From the NCBI GenBank assembly GCA_964384035.1, contig CAYLIB010000006.1:13336-77335 (forward strand): a DNA stretch of 64,000 nucleotides, in the 5' to 3' direction. This document shows, piece by piece, positions 1 to 10,422 of the stretch. The position numbers were made by a program, and so were the translations under genes. The stretch comes from an uncultured Candidatus Saccharibacteria bacterium (GTDB taxonomy: Bacteria; Patescibacteriota; Doudnabacteria; UBA920). The notes beneath the pieces are model-generated. The model was given only the letters and a program-made list of their open reading frames with translations, had not been told where the DNA came from and did not search any database. Position 1 is the first letter of the stretch, and the number at the start of each line of letters is the position of its first letter.

Positions 1-1767
1 GAAGATGCGGACTTCGAGAAACATTTTGGTGTCTCTCCAACTCGAATCATCGCCGCGTTGTTAAGAAATGCTGGCGGTGGAAAACAGTCCGGTGCCAGCA
101 CGCTTACTCAACAACTCGTGACCGTGCTTAAAGTCGGAGGACTAAGCAAGGACGATAAAACTTACGGTCGTAAAATAACCGAAGCAGAAATCGCCCTAGC
201 TTGGGAAGGATACTACTCAAAGCAACAAATCTTCGAAGCTTATGGGAATAACATCTACATGGGCAACTGGGGAGGCCAGTGCATTGAAGGTTTGCGCCAA
301 GCTGCGTTCGTTTACTTCCGCAAAGACCTTAAGCAATTAAGCTGGGCGGAAGCTGCGCACTTGGCAGGAGCGATTAGTAGTCCCGGCAGGTTCTCTCCTC
401 GCGCTGTCAAAAGTGCAGAAGCAACCGAAGGCACCAAGCGTCGTAATTGGGTATTAGGAAGGCTTAAAGAACTCGGTTGGATTAGCGAAGGCGAGTATGT
501 GAAGGCGATGGGCGAAAAAACTGACAGAGAAACCTCTGGAAGTTTCGACGCCGACGCTGCTCCATACGTAGCTGGAGCAGTCGCGGCCAGGGCTAAAGAA
601 GAAAAACTCGACGCTCGGGAATTCCGTTTCGAAACCACTATCGACCCTGATATTCAGCGGTTGGTTGTGCAGGAAATTAAGAATCGCCCAGCGGGAACAG
701 ATGTTGCGGTTGTTGTTATGAGACCGCAAACCGGTGAAGTTCTGGCAGCAGCAGGTACGGGCTTTCAAAAAGTTCCCTACAACCTGCCCTTCACTATGCA
801 GCGTCAGCTGGGCTCGGCTTTCAAGCCGTTCGTCTACTCCGCTGCACTTCGCGAAGACAACAACGGTGACGGGATTCCGGACTGGACACCAGCCAGCCGG
901 TTTATGGACGAACCAAAAACCTTCGACCTAGGAAATGGGCAAACATACAGCCCGGGAAACTACGGTGACACTTACTCTGGTCAGCTTGTCTCGCTCCAAA
1001 CCGCGCTATCGAAGAGTAAAAACCCAGTAACGGTAGAGCTCTTCAATCAGCCGGGGGTCGCGAAAGGTACTTACAACATCACCAAAGATGTTTTTAAGTG
1101 GCCATCGCAAAACGGCAAGCCGACAATTGTTCTAAGTAACGCACTCGGAACAAACTTGTTTAGTGTCATTCAAGTAGCCAGGGGCTACTCTATGTTCCCA
1201 GCCGGTGGAAAGCTCCCCAACGCACAGCTAATTCGTGCGGCGGTGCATCTTACCAACGGCGAAAGGAAAGAGTTTCCCTACGCTGGGGTTCAAACCATCA
1301 ACCAAGATGAAGCTGAGCTTATGTGTCATCTCCTAGAAGGGCCACTCAAGCCCGGAGGAACTGGTGCAGTCTCAGCAGGTTTGTACGCTGGTTTGAAAGC
1401 TGGAAAGTCTGGCACCACGCAAGACAACAAGGATGCGTGGTTCATCGTTTTCTCTCCAAACCTTGTAGTTGTAGTTTGGCTCGGTAAGACAGATAACTCA
1501 CCAATGCCAAAACAAATTACAGGTGGTGGAGCAGCTTCTCCCATTGCGGTACGGATCCTCGCCGGAAGCGTAAAGCTCCGCACTCACCTAGGTGGTAATT
1601 CCTGGGGGAGTGGTAGAGGCCTCGTGGAGAGAAGCGCTTGCGGGGAAGATTTGTTTTTCCTCGAAGGAACAGAAAGCAAGGCGGGAGACTGTGAATCGCC
1701 GACAAATCCAGTAGAGGTCAAACTTCAAGAAGAAGAAAATAAGGTGCCCCTAAGGCCCCGCGAGTAG
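1..1767 (+). CDS. Class A penicillin-binding protein (transglycosylase/transpeptidase), 5'-partial
   Basis: Frame is open from base 1: EDADFEKHFG (EDxxFxxHxG), GASTLTQQL, RKITE; transpeptidase motifs SAFK, SKN, KSGTT. Confidence 0.93.
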   Translation, partial: EDADFEKHFGVSPTRIIAALLRNAGGGKQSGASTLTQQLVTVLKVGGLSKDDKTYGRKITEAEIALAWEGYYSKQQIFEAYGNNIYMGNWGGQCIEGLRQAAFVYFRKDLKQLSWAEAAHLAGAISSPGRFSPRAVKSAEATEGTKRRNWVLGRLKELGWISEGEYVKAMGEKTDRETSGSFDADAAPYVAGAVAARAKEEKLDAREFRFETTIDPDIQRLVVQEIKNRPAGTDVAVVVMRPQTGEVLAAAGTGFQKVPYNLPFTMQRQLGSAFKPFVYSAALREDNNGDGIPDWTPASRFMDEPKTFDLGNGQTYSPGNYGDTYSGQLVSLQTALSKSKNPVTVELFNQPGVAKGTYNITKDVFKWPSQNGKPTIVLSNALGTNLFSVIQVARGYSMFPAGGKLPNAQLIRAAVHLTNGERKEFPYAGVQTINQDEAELMCHLLEGPLKPGGTGAVSAGLYAGLKAGKSGTTQDNKDAWFIVFSPNLVVVVWLGKTDNSPMPKQITGGGAASPIAVRILAGSVKLRTHLGGNSWGSGRGLVERSACGEDLFFLEGTESKAGDCESPTNPVEVKLQEEENKVPLRPRE

Positions 1768-1862
1768 GTTTAAAACCTACTCTTTTTATTTCCCTTGTTT
1801 TTATATGGGTTTTATGGTACTATGTTACCTTATCGATTTATACAACAATTTCGGAGGTCTAC

Positions 1863-2519
1863 ATGTCAAGAAGTAAAACTGCCAAGGAGTTAACAGAACA
1901 AGCGCGATTACACCAAAAGTTGGGAGAGTATCTTGCCACGAAAGCCCTAGAAAGGGGTGAAGAGGAAAAAGACGAAGCCTACAGGAAAGGAAGAAATAGA
2001 ACAATTCTCCTTTTTGTCTGTGTGATGTTGTTTGGTGGGTTTATAGTTCGTGGTATGAGCGACTCACCAGCAGTCCCCGAAAGTAAGCAAACCCTATCGG
2101 ACGAAGTCGCCTTTACAAGTAACCAAGGTTCAAACAATATAAAAGCTAGTTTTCAAGGGGTAGAGAAGCTACCCGAAAATAAGCAGACAAATCCCTTTCA
2201 GAAGAGTTTCAAGTACAATGTTCGCCTAGACGAAGCGAATAAATTCTTTTCCATCACAATAACAAGCACTTGGCCAGAAACCGTTCAGCAGGTTCAGTTT
2301 TGGGTTTACCAAAAAAAACCTGTAGTAATTGAGATGCCTTTAAGAGTAAAAGAGTATGGTAATGAATTCGATTACGAGTTCAGATCAAGAGACATTAACT
2401 ATACCGTTGGAGGTAAGATTCTGCTTGGTCTGAAACACCTTTCAGGAGAGATTGAGTACATAGAGTTACCCACCTCAGTCTCGAGTAACGGGGAGCTTAA
2501 AGCTCATCTCCTAAGGTGA
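1863..2519 (+). CDS. Hypothetical single-pass membrane protein
   Basis: 218-aa ORF, GGAGG RBS, TM segment ILLFVCVMLFGGFIV, hairpin plus T-tract after stop. Confidence 0.7.
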   Translation: MSRSKTAKELTEQARLHQKLGEYLATKALERGEEEKDEAYRKGRNRTILLFVCVMLFGGFIVRGMSDSPAVPESKQTLSDEVAFTSNQGSNNIKASFQGVEKLPENKQTNPFQKSFKYNVRLDEANKFFSITITSTWPETVQQVQFWVYQKKPVVIEMPLRVKEYGNEFDYEFRSRDINYTVGGKILLGLKHLSGEIEYIELPTSVSSNGELKAHLLR

Positions 2520-2621
2520 ATAATAGCGCAATTAAACTGCGCTTTTTTATTTTTGACATCACCCAGACTTCTATATACAATTGCCTATTAATTCAAACAG
2601 GACATATATGTGGAGGGAAGT

Positions 2622-3539
2622 ATGAACTTTATTTTCAAGGGCTTGGCATTCATAGTTATTGCTCTCGGGGCATTCTGGTGTATAGGACACCAAAAAGAAA
2701 TTCTTTCTTATGTTGAGAAAGCGAGTGCGGGTGTAACAAAGCCCAACCTCGAACAGGTTGTCGAAATACGCAAGGAAGAAAAATACGAAATCGTTTTAGC
2801 AGCCGATACGATTCCAATTACTACAGTCCTTAAAGAGTTCTTCAAACGGAATATTGAAGATGTAAAAGAAGGTGTGAGTAAAACCATAAACCCTATTCGC
2901 ATCATCAAAGAAAAAATGGGAATCGAGCAGGAGAAGCAAATTTATACCGCTCCAGAAATTGGAAAGTTTCGAGTCACAAAGCAGCAGTATACTTCGCTTT
3001 CCGAGGAAGACTCAGTTGACTGGGGTCTAACCACGCAGTCGACATCTAGCTTTCCTTACTACAAACCAGCTTGGTGCGGGATCTGGGTAAAAGAAAAATT
3101 AAAACCCGAAATTATTTACTCCTGGATAAATAAAGAGGGGAAAGCTACCGAGATAGATAAATCGGTTTATGAACTTCTGGAGGAAGATGTAAATAAGACC
3201 CTTTCTCCTGGTGAGCCCTCTCTTGTTAGAAACTTCAAGACAGAACCCATAGAAAAACCCGAACCAGTAAACAAACTGGAACCACTCTATATTCAGGTTT
3301 ACTTCTATGACCCGTCAGAGCTTACCGGTTATTCTTTTCTGGGTTACAGTATTGAAAGTGCAGAAAGTCAGAAAGACAGAAAAGCCTACAAGCTTAGGCT
3401 TAACTCGGTGTTCACAGACAATACTGTATCAATAGGAAAAGGAAAGTCAGGCAAGCGTTTCGAAAAGGGTGATCTCCTTTTCGCTGGGGAAGAAGGTTTC
3501 TGGGCAAGGCTTGCAAGTGATACATCTGTAGTCAAATAA
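2622..3539 (+). CDS. Hypothetical N-terminally anchored/exported protein
   Basis: ATG 2622 after GGAGGG; N-terminal hydrophobic segment; hairpin plus T-tract after stop. Confidence 0.7.
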   Translation: MNFIFKGLAFIVIALGAFWCIGHQKEILSYVEKASAGVTKPNLEQVVEIRKEEKYEIVLAADTIPITTVLKEFFKRNIEDVKEGVSKTINPIRIIKEKMGIEQEKQIYTAPEIGKFRVTKQQYTSLSEEDSVDWGLTTQSTSSFPYYKPAWCGIWVKEKLKPEIIYSWINKEGKATEIDKSVYELLEEDVNKTLSPGEPSLVRNFKTEPIEKPEPVNKLEPLYIQVYFYDPSELTGYSFLGYSIESAESQKDRKAYKLRLNSVFTDNTVSIGKGKSGKRFEKGDLLFAGEEGFWARLASDTSVVK

Positions 3540-3567
3540 GTTACATCACCAACTGGTGATTTTTTTA

Positions 3568-3600
3568 TTTAAAAACCTCTCGTAAAGAGAGGTTTTTAAA
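3568..3600. terminator. Bidirectional intrinsic terminator
   Basis: tttaaaaacctctc-gtaaa-gagaggtttttaaa between convergent genes. Confidence 0.8.
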
Positions 3601-3864
3601 TTATTTCATTCTGGCGATAGCTTTTGCTAGTCTGCTTTTTTTGCGATCAGCGGTATTCTTATGAATAACACCTTTCTTAGCTGCCTTGTCTAGAGCAGAG
3701 AAAGCCTTTTTAAGATCTTCTGTTATAGTGGCAGGATTCTTGGCATCAATATTTTTGCGTACTGTCTTAACCGCGACCTTTAGTTTATTTTTGGTCTTAA
3801 GGTTAGTGACTCTGCGTCTCTCAGACTGGCGCATAGCCTTCTTGGCTGTTTTAGTATTTGGCAT
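3601..3864 (-). CDS. rpsT: 30S ribosomal protein S20
   Basis: MPNTKTAKKAMRQ...LDKAAKKGVIHKNTADRKKSRL. Confidence 0.98.
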   Translation of the reverse strand: MPNTKTAKKAMRQSERRRVTNLKTKNKLKVAVKTVRKNIDAKNPATITEDLKKAFSALDKAAKKGVIHKNTADRKKSRLAKAIARMK

Positions 3865-3955
3865 TTATGTGCTTAAACTTATAAAATTTAGTAATAAAGA
3901 ACTTTTGACTGCGACGGATAAACTATAAATTAAAACCTAAAAAATATCAAGAGTC

Positions 3956-5440
3956 ATGAAATATAAAAAAGTTGTTCTGGTTATATTAGACGGTTTCGGA
4001 TATAGCGAAGAAATTCAAGGCAATGCTATCGCCCAAGCAAAAACCCCATTTTTAGATTACTTAAAAAAGAATTATTCTTGGGGTCTCTTAGGGGCAAGTG
4101 GGGAAGCGGTAGGTCTTCCGGAGGGGCAAATTGGGTCTAGTGAGGTCGGGCACATGACTATTGGTGCAGGTAAGGTTTTGTATCAAGATCTAGTCAGAAT
4201 AACTAAAGCAATAGAAAATAATGAACTCGAAGAAAATGAGGCGGTAAAGAAAATAGCGAAACATGTTTTAAAAAATAACTCCATTTTGCATCTTGCGGGT
4301 ATGGTTAGTCCTGGGGGAGTGCATTCCCATCAGGAACACCTACACGCTTTAGTTACCGCATTTAAGAAAATAGGTGTTACTAAAATTGCTATTCACGCCT
4401 TCACCGATGGACGAGACTTGCCTCCTCAAAGTGGACACGAGTATTTAGAAGAGTTAGAAAACTTTTTAGAAAAAGAAGGCGTAGGGGCAATAGCTAGTGT
4501 ACAAGGCCGATATTATGCCATGGATCGCGATAACAACTGGGAACGAATACAAAAAGTCGAGGACGCAATTTTCCACTGTAAAGGCAACGTCTGCGAATTT
4601 AAGAAACCCTCTCAGTTATCAAGGGAACTTTACGCACAGGGACTCAGCGACGAGCACTTTGAACCACATATTATTAAAGATGCAGAAGGAAAGACAATCG
4701 GTATAGAACAAAACGATGCTATATTCTTTTTTAATTTCCGACCCGATAGAATGAGGCAAATTGTCAGTCGCGTTCTAAATCGAAAACAGGAATACAACTT
4801 AGAAATTGCAAATCTTACAGAATACGATGAAAAGTTTAAAGAGGTTCTAATTGCATTTCCTCCAGAAAAATTAAATGATACACTTTCTACAAAAATTTCT
4901 CATGCAGGCCTAACCCAAGTTCACATCGCCGAAACCGAAAAATACGCCCACGCCACATATTTTTTAAATGGAGGCAACGAAACCAAATCACCCGGCGAAG
5001 AATGGGTTTTAGTAGAAAGCAGAAAAGATATTGCCACTCACGACCAAGCTCCAGAAATGAAAGCTAAAGAAATTACAGATAAGGCAATTGAATACATAAA
5101 AAAAGGTACTAACTTTTTATTTATTAACTACGCCAATGCAGACATGGTTGGTCACACAGGAAATTTCGAAGCAACAGTTAAAGCCATCGAGGTTCTAGAC
5201 AAAGAACTCAAAAGGCTCTATGACGTTGTGGGGGAGAGTGGGGGAGTATTGGTAATAACAGCCGATCACGGCAACGCAGAAAAAGTAATCCACGAAGGCG
5301 GGAAACACACCGCTCACACAAGTAACCCAGTTCCTATTTTCATAACTTTAAAAAATTATCCAATAAAAAAAGGCGGACTTTCAAATGTCGCACCAATGGT
5401 TTACGAACTGCTCGGTATGCCTGAAACTATTCAGTCGTGA
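3956..5440 (+). CDS. gpmI: 2,3-bisphosphoglycerate-independent phosphoglycerate mutase
   Basis: LVILDGFG, GSSEVGH, DGRD, GRYYAMDRD, NADMVGHTG, TADHGNAE. Confidence 0.97.
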   Translation: MKYKKVVLVILDGFGYSEEIQGNAIAQAKTPFLDYLKKNYSWGLLGASGEAVGLPEGQIGSSEVGHMTIGAGKVLYQDLVRITKAIENNELEENEAVKKIAKHVLKNNSILHLAGMVSPGGVHSHQEHLHALVTAFKKIGVTKIAIHAFTDGRDLPPQSGHEYLEELENFLEKEGVGAIASVQGRYYAMDRDNNWERIQKVEDAIFHCKGNVCEFKKPSQLSRELYAQGLSDEHFEPHIIKDAEGKTIGIEQNDAIFFFNFRPDRMRQIVSRVLNRKQEYNLEIANLTEYDEKFKEVLIAFPPEKLNDTLSTKISHAGLTQVHIAETEKYAHATYFLNGGNETKSPGEEWVLVESRKDIATHDQAPEMKAKEITDKAIEYIKKGTNFLFINYANADMVGHTGNFEATVKAIEVLDKELKRLYDVVGESGGVLVITADHGNAEKVIHEGGKHTAHTSNPVPIFITLKNYPIKKGGLSNVAPMVYELLGMPETIQS

Positions 5441-5780
5441 TCCTTGTAAATTTCAAGTTCGACCCAACCGCATAACTACTAGAGTCATAACCGTAGTAGT
5501 AATCCAGCCTCACTTTTACGGGTTTTTGTTGGGAGATATCTTTTTCTATTTCCTTAAACATTTCAGCTTGCGGATGCTGTGGAGAGAAAAATATTGCTTT
5601 CTGCGCATCTCCAACTATTACTTTTATAATGCCCTTTGAACTTTGAACATCGCTTACCACTACTTCGGTACGGTCAAATTTTTTGGACATATTTACAAGC
5701 ATCTCAGCGCTTTGGCTATTGGCATATGAACCCAATAAACACCAAACCGCCAAAAGAATTATGCAGATATTTTCCTTCAT
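5427..5780 (-). CDS. Hypothetical exported protein
   Basis: 117 aa, signal-peptide-like N terminus; 4-nt overlap with upstream ORF. Confidence 0.6.
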   Translation of the reverse strand: MKENICIILLAVWCLLGSYANSQSAEMLVNMSKKFDRTEVVVSDVQSSKGIIKVIVGDAQKAIFFSPQHPQAEMFKEIEKDISQQKPVKVRLDYYYGYDSSSYAVGSNLKFTRITTE

Positions 5781-6196
5781 ATCAAATCCCTTACTAGGTT
5801 ATTTCCTTTAAAGAGTCTTATCCTGTTAACAGGTTTAACTCTTTTGCTCATTTTCGTTCCTGGGAACCAGTTTAATCTACTCTCCTGAATCACCCCCAGA
5901 GAAGCATCAGTCAAAGAAAGAGGTTTCGGTAAGTTTATAACCGCTTCCTGTAACTCAACTCCCCACACTTCGAAATCATTAGCTGAGGTTCTGGGTATTA
6001 CTAACTCAGCATATTTCACAGCCTCTTCAACGGTATCAAAGTAAGTAATTCCGTAACCATACCGTTCTAGGAAAGGAGCCCCACTCGACCACTCTCCGGA
6101 AACAAATGTCACGGAAGCATCACCATAAGCAACGGGTGATGTTAAAAAAGTCTTGTCATCGTAATCGACAAGCTTCATGAACAATTTAAATCCCAT
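5777..6196 (-). CDS. Hypothetical protein
   Basis: 139 aa, AAGGAGG RBS. Confidence 0.7.
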   Translation of the reverse strand: MGFKLFMKLVDYDDKTFLTSPVAYGDASVTFVSGEWSSGAPFLERYGYGITYFDTVEEAVKYAELVIPRTSANDFEVWGVELQEAVINLPKPLSLTDASLGVIQESRLNWFPGTKMSKRVKPVNRIRLFKGNNLVRDLI

Positions 6197-6293
6197 ATTC
6201 CTCCTTGCATTCTTGAAAAAACAAAACCAGCCATATCCTACACCATTTCCAATAAAAAAAACAGAGCCTTAAAAAAATAAAAAAAGAGCAAAC

Positions 6294-6764
6294 TCAACGT
6301 TTGCTCATCACCTGAGCAGGCTTACCAAATTTTTCCAAGAAGTCTTCAGCAACTTTTTCAGCCAGAATTTTGAATCTTGCCTCACCAAATTCATACTCGC
6401 TTTTGTATTGCCGCGAGAACTCCTGGCGTGGTTTTTGTAGACCGCAGTATGTTTTAATTTTCAAATACCCAAAGTATCTCCACCCTTTTGGGTATGTTTT
6501 GCAGTCAGAGTTTTCACAGCGCTTCTCATAAAAAATTTCGACTTCATCAATTTTAGGGATGGTTTTGTTTTCACTGCTCCACCCGCTTTGATGAATTTTA
6601 TTAAGGAAAGCTTCCTTTACCGCTACTTGGTGTTTCTTTCCACCGGAATTTCCGGTAACTTCAGCCGCCCAAGTGTAAGTGTAATCTATAGCGTTCGCTT
6701 CCGGGAGGAAGCGGACGGAACAGAAAAGCGCAAACACTACCGCAGTGCAAAATATTCTTCGCAT
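6294..6764 (-). CDS. Hypothetical exported protein
   Basis: Start MRRIFCTAVV at 6764 after AGGAGG; signal peptide ending ANA; Cys pair CENSDC. Confidence 0.65.
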   Translation of the reverse strand: MRRIFCTAVVFALFCSVRFLPEANAIDYTYTWAAEVTGNSGGKKHQVAVKEAFLNKIHQSGWSSENKTIPKIDEVEIFYEKRCENSDCKTYPKGWRYFGYLKIKTYCGLQKPRQEFSRQYKSEYEFGEARFKILAEKVAEDFLEKFGKPAQVMSKR

Positions 6765-6930
6765 ATCTTCTCGTCCTCCTAATATGTTAGCCAAATGGCA
6801 GAAAAATCAGATTAAAACTAGTCATTATACTTATTTTTAGTACGCTAGTCAATAACAATAAATATTCATTTTAGTAGATTTATTCCTATTTAAAAAAATC
6901 CCCAAATAAAATTTGGGTTAAAAGAGTGGG

Positions 6931-7608
6931 CTATGGTCTCCACCAGCCATCGAGGATCATTCCACACACCTGCAAGAAAGAAGCGTCCTCAGCGCGGATA
7001 AATCCGTCTTGAATTTTCACTTCCTTGCGATGGAGGAACGAACTTACTCGCTGAGCGATTTCACCAGGTGATAGTTTACTTCCTTCGTCATCTCTCGGCA
7101 TGAATACCGGTAAACTTCGAATGGCGAAGTTATTCAATCCTACCACCTTACGATGAATCACAAACGGCTCAATCCGATGCTCAGCCAGCTCATTTTCATC
7201 GTTCAGCGCTGCCCATACCTGACGTGCCGGGTAACGCATTCCAACCCTTACGACAAGTGTTCCTTTGTCGCTCCTATAGAAACAGAGCACGGCATGCTCT
7301 CCCTCATAAGGCATGGACTGGATAATGAAAGACACTTCGTACATCCGAGAATGGTTCAGGTACTTATCAATATCTCCGTCGAGTCCATAAACTTTGGGGT
7401 CAGCGGAAAAACCAGCCCCGCGGAGTGTATCAGACACTCTGCCCTCATCTAGTAGTTCGGCAAAGGCCAAAACCCTTTCGAGTCTACGTATCCAATTCTC
7501 AAGGTTTTCCCGGTCGGCTTTGGTCGCTTCGTTAAAAGGGAGAGCTGCTAGCTTTCTGCTGGCCTCTTCCAAATCAGCCAAGATATCTGCCTTCAAAAAC
7601 AAACTCAT
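6931..7608 (-). CDS. Hypothetical protein
   Basis: 225 aa, GGAGG RBS, hairpin plus T-tract downstream. Confidence 0.7.
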   Translation of the reverse strand: MSLFLKADILADLEEASRKLAALPFNEATKADRENLENWIRRLERVLAFAELLDEGRVSDTLRGAGFSADPKVYGLDGDIDKYLNHSRMYEVSFIIQSMPYEGEHAVLCFYRSDKGTLVVRVGMRYPARQVWAALNDENELAEHRIEPFVIHRKVVGLNNFAIRSLPVFMPRDDEGSKLSPGEIAQRVSSFLHRKEVKIQDGFIRAEDASFLQVCGMILDGWWRP

Positions 7609-7781
7609 AATCTACCTCCGTAAATTCAAAATGGATTATTAGCGTAAGTATATATTTAAGCATAAATTATTTATTCTGTCAATATTAAAAATATTTATAC
7701 TCGTTGCTATATTGACTAAAAGTAAAAAATATTGTATTATTAAATTTACTTTTTTCAAAAAAATCGAAAAAGGAGAATTTA

Positions 7782-8180
7782 ATGCAACTCATTTCAAACA
7801 TCCACAAGGTTTTCTTACTTCACAATGGTAAGAAAGTTTCATTGAACTGCAAGAATCTGGTCGTAGATGTAGATAGAGGACTAAATTGTGAGGGAAAAAA
7901 AATCTGCCTCCGCGGCTTTGGTGAAGACTCCGCCTGGGACATTTTTTTTCTTGGACTTGAGACCGAGGACGCAACATTCGAGATAACAGAGGGGTTCCCA
8001 TACTGTCATCTGAATTTGGCGGACGGAACAGTCATTGAGTTCACCCGGTCAAATAGTAATTTACCCGTAGACGTTACAACTCACAAGGACTACGACTCTT
8101 TATGGGCAACACTACTCAGTAATTCTATGAAGTATTCGTTGTCCCCGGCGATACTTGTCGCCGTCCCAAGAGTTATTTAG
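7782..8180 (+). CDS. Hypothetical protein
   Basis: 132 aa, AAGGAG RBS, TTGACT...TATTAT upstream, terminator after stop. Confidence 0.65.
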   Translation: MQLISNIHKVFLLHNGKKVSLNCKNLVVDVDRGLNCEGKKICLRGFGEDSAWDIFFLGLETEDATFEITEGFPYCHLNLADGTVIEFTRSNSNLPVDVTTHKDYDSLWATLLSNSMKYSLSPAILVAVPRVI

Positions 8181-8245
8181 CAACATATAAAAAAGCAGAG
8201 TCAGGCTCTGCTATTTTTTATCCCTCACTAAATACAGTGTGAGAT

Positions 8246-10321
8246 CTACTTCCCCATCTTTCTCAGTTTTTTTATTTCACCCAGTTTATCTCTTAGCTTT
8301 GCCGCAAGTTCAAATTCCAAATTCTTCGCCGCCATTTCCATTTGGTCCTTAAGTTCTTCTGTATAAAATTTAAACTCTTTCTCATCCATCCTAGAAACGT
8401 CTATCGGCTTATCTGGGTCTACTGATTTGTCGTATTCCACCTTAGACCCAGCGAGTCTGTTTTCTTGAATTTTCTTTATGATAGTCTTCGGAGTAATTCC
8501 ATGCTTCTTGTTGTATGCTATCTGAATATTCCTTCTCCTTTCGGTCTCCTTGATGGCCGCGTCCATGCTACGTGTCATTCTATCTGCGTACATTATTACG
8601 TGGCCGTTTATATGCCTAGCAGCCCTTCCTATAATTTGCATAAATGCTGTTTCACTTCTAAGAAAACCTTCTTTGTCCGCATCCAGAATTGCCACTAAAG
8701 AAACTTCTGGTAAGTCCAACCCTTCTCTAAGCAAGTTAATTCCCACAACTACATCAAACACTCCAAGTCTTAAATCTCTTAGTATCTCCAGTCTATCGAA
8801 GGTTTCAACTTCCGAGTGTAAATACTGAACTTTTATGTTGGACTCCTTCAGATACTCAGTTAGTTCCTCAGACATTTTCTTAGTCAGGGTCGTAACTAAA
8901 ACCCTTTCATTCTTAGAGACCCGCTCTTTAATCTGTTCAAGAAGATCGTCAACCTGATGCTCGATGGGCTTTATCTCAATTGTTGGGTCCACTAACCCAG
9001 TCGGTCTTATAATTTGTTCCACAACAGTAGAGGTAGGTACTGTTTTCTGTTTTTTTTCTTTATGCTTTATTCTAAATTCTCTATTCTTCACAACCTCATT
9101 CTCTTCAATTGATTTTCTAATCTCATAAGCTGCTGGTGTAGCCGATACATACACCACTTGAGTTACCTTATTTTCAAACTCAGCAAAAGTTAGTGGTCTA
9201 TTATCTAATGCCGAAGGGAGTCTAAAACCATAATCTACCAGTGTAGTTTTCCTCGCACGATCACCATTGTACATGCCGTTTATTTGTGGGATTGTTTGGT
9301 GGGATTCATCCACAAACAAAATAAAATCATCCGGGAAATAATCAATAAGGGTCGATGGGGGATCACCTGCATTTCTGCCATCAATATGTCTAGAGTAGTT
9401 TTCTATACCCGCGACAAAACCAGTGTTAGATAGCATTTCTATATCGAAATTTGTTCTTTGTTCCAACCTAGCAGCTTCTAAAACTTTTCCCTGCTTTTTT
9501 AGCTCTTTAAGCCTGTCTCTTAATTCTGCTCTTATTTTTTCAATCGCTTCATGTACTTTCTCTTCCGAAGCCACAAAATGCTTGGCAGGGAAAACAGTTA
9601 TTTTATTCATCTCATCCAATATATCTCCCGTGAGCATGTCTCGTCTTTCAATTTTCTCTATTTCATCTCCAAAAAAACTCACTCTTACAACCGTATCTTC
9701 AGAAGACAAGTTAATTTCTAAGGTATCTCCTTGAATTCTGAATGTACCGCGCTTTAATTCATAGTCATTTCTACCAAACTGTAAGTCAGTCAATCTTCTA
9801 AGGAGTTTATCTCTCTTAAAACTCTTCCCAACTTCTAAATCAAAAGAAAGATTTTCGTAATCGCCCGGGTTACCCAAACCATAAATACACGATACAGACG
9901 CGACTATTAGGACATCTCGTCTTGAAAGTAAGCTCTGCGTTGCAGCATTTCTAAGTCGGTCTATCTCTTCGTTAATTTGAGTTTCCTTTTCTATAAAGGT
10001 ATCTGAACGGGGGATATAGGCTTCAGGTTGATAGTAGTCGTAATAAGAAACAAAATAATGAACAGCATTATCAGGAAAAAATTCTTGAAACTCACTCGCA
10101 AGTTGCGCCGCTAAAGTTTTGTTATGACAAATAACCAAAGTTGGTCTTTGTATCTCGTTGACTACTGCAGACATTGTGAAAGTCTTTCCACTCCCAGTAA
10201 CACCAAGAAGAGTCTGGTGTTTATTGCCAGACTCAATAGACTTCGCTAGTCCTTCTATCGCCTTAGGTTGGTCACCGGCAGGTGGCCATGGGTTTTTAAG
10301 TACAAACTTAGATTCCTTCAT
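8246..10321 (-). CDS. uvrB: Excinuclease ABC subunit B
   Basis: [46 protein letters not shown]-terminal UVR helix. Confidence 0.98.
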   Translation of the reverse strand: MKESKFVLKNPWPPAGDQPKAIEGLAKSIESGNKHQTLLGVTGSGKTFTMSAVVNEIQRPTLVICHNKTLAAQLASEFQEFFPDNAVHYFVSYYDYYQPEAYIPRSDTFIEKETQINEEIDRLRNAATQSLLSRRDVLIVASVSCIYGLGNPGDYENLSFDLEVGKSFKRDKLLRRLTDLQFGRNDYELKRGTFRIQGDTLEINLSSEDTVVRVSFFGDEIEKIERRDMLTGDILDEMNKITVFPAKHFVASEEKVHEAIEKIRAELRDRLKELKKQGKVLEAARLEQRTNFDIEMLSNTGFVAGIENYSRHIDGRNAGDPPSTLIDYFPDDFILFVDESHQTIPQINGMYNGDRARKTTLVDYGFRLPSALDNRPLTFAEFENKVTQVVYVSATPAAYEIRKSIEENEVVKNREFRIKHKEKKQKTVPTSTVVEQIIRPTGLVDPTIEIKPIEHQVDDLLEQIKERVSKNERVLVTTLTKKMSEELTEYLKESNIKVQYLHSEVETFDRLEILRDLRLGVFDVVVGINLLREGLDLPEVSLVAILDADKEGFLRSETAFMQIIGRAARHINGHVIMYADRMTRSMDAAIKETERRRNIQIAYNKKHGITPKTIIKKIQENRLAGSKVEYDKSVDPDKPIDVSRMDEKEFKFYTEELKDQMEMAAKNLEFELAAKLRDKLGEIKKLRKMGK

Positions 10322-10422
10322 ATATCTACCATTATAGACGAAATAGTTACGGAGTAGTAGACAATATGGATATATTTCTTTAATATGTTCTTTTGAAAAA
10401 ACAATGAATTACGGAGGAAAAA

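Noticed and set aside
412-432. PBP peptide SAEATEG similar to the valS insert SAEAMEG
   Set aside because: The DNA is not palindromic and does not match the valS element well; probably coincidence
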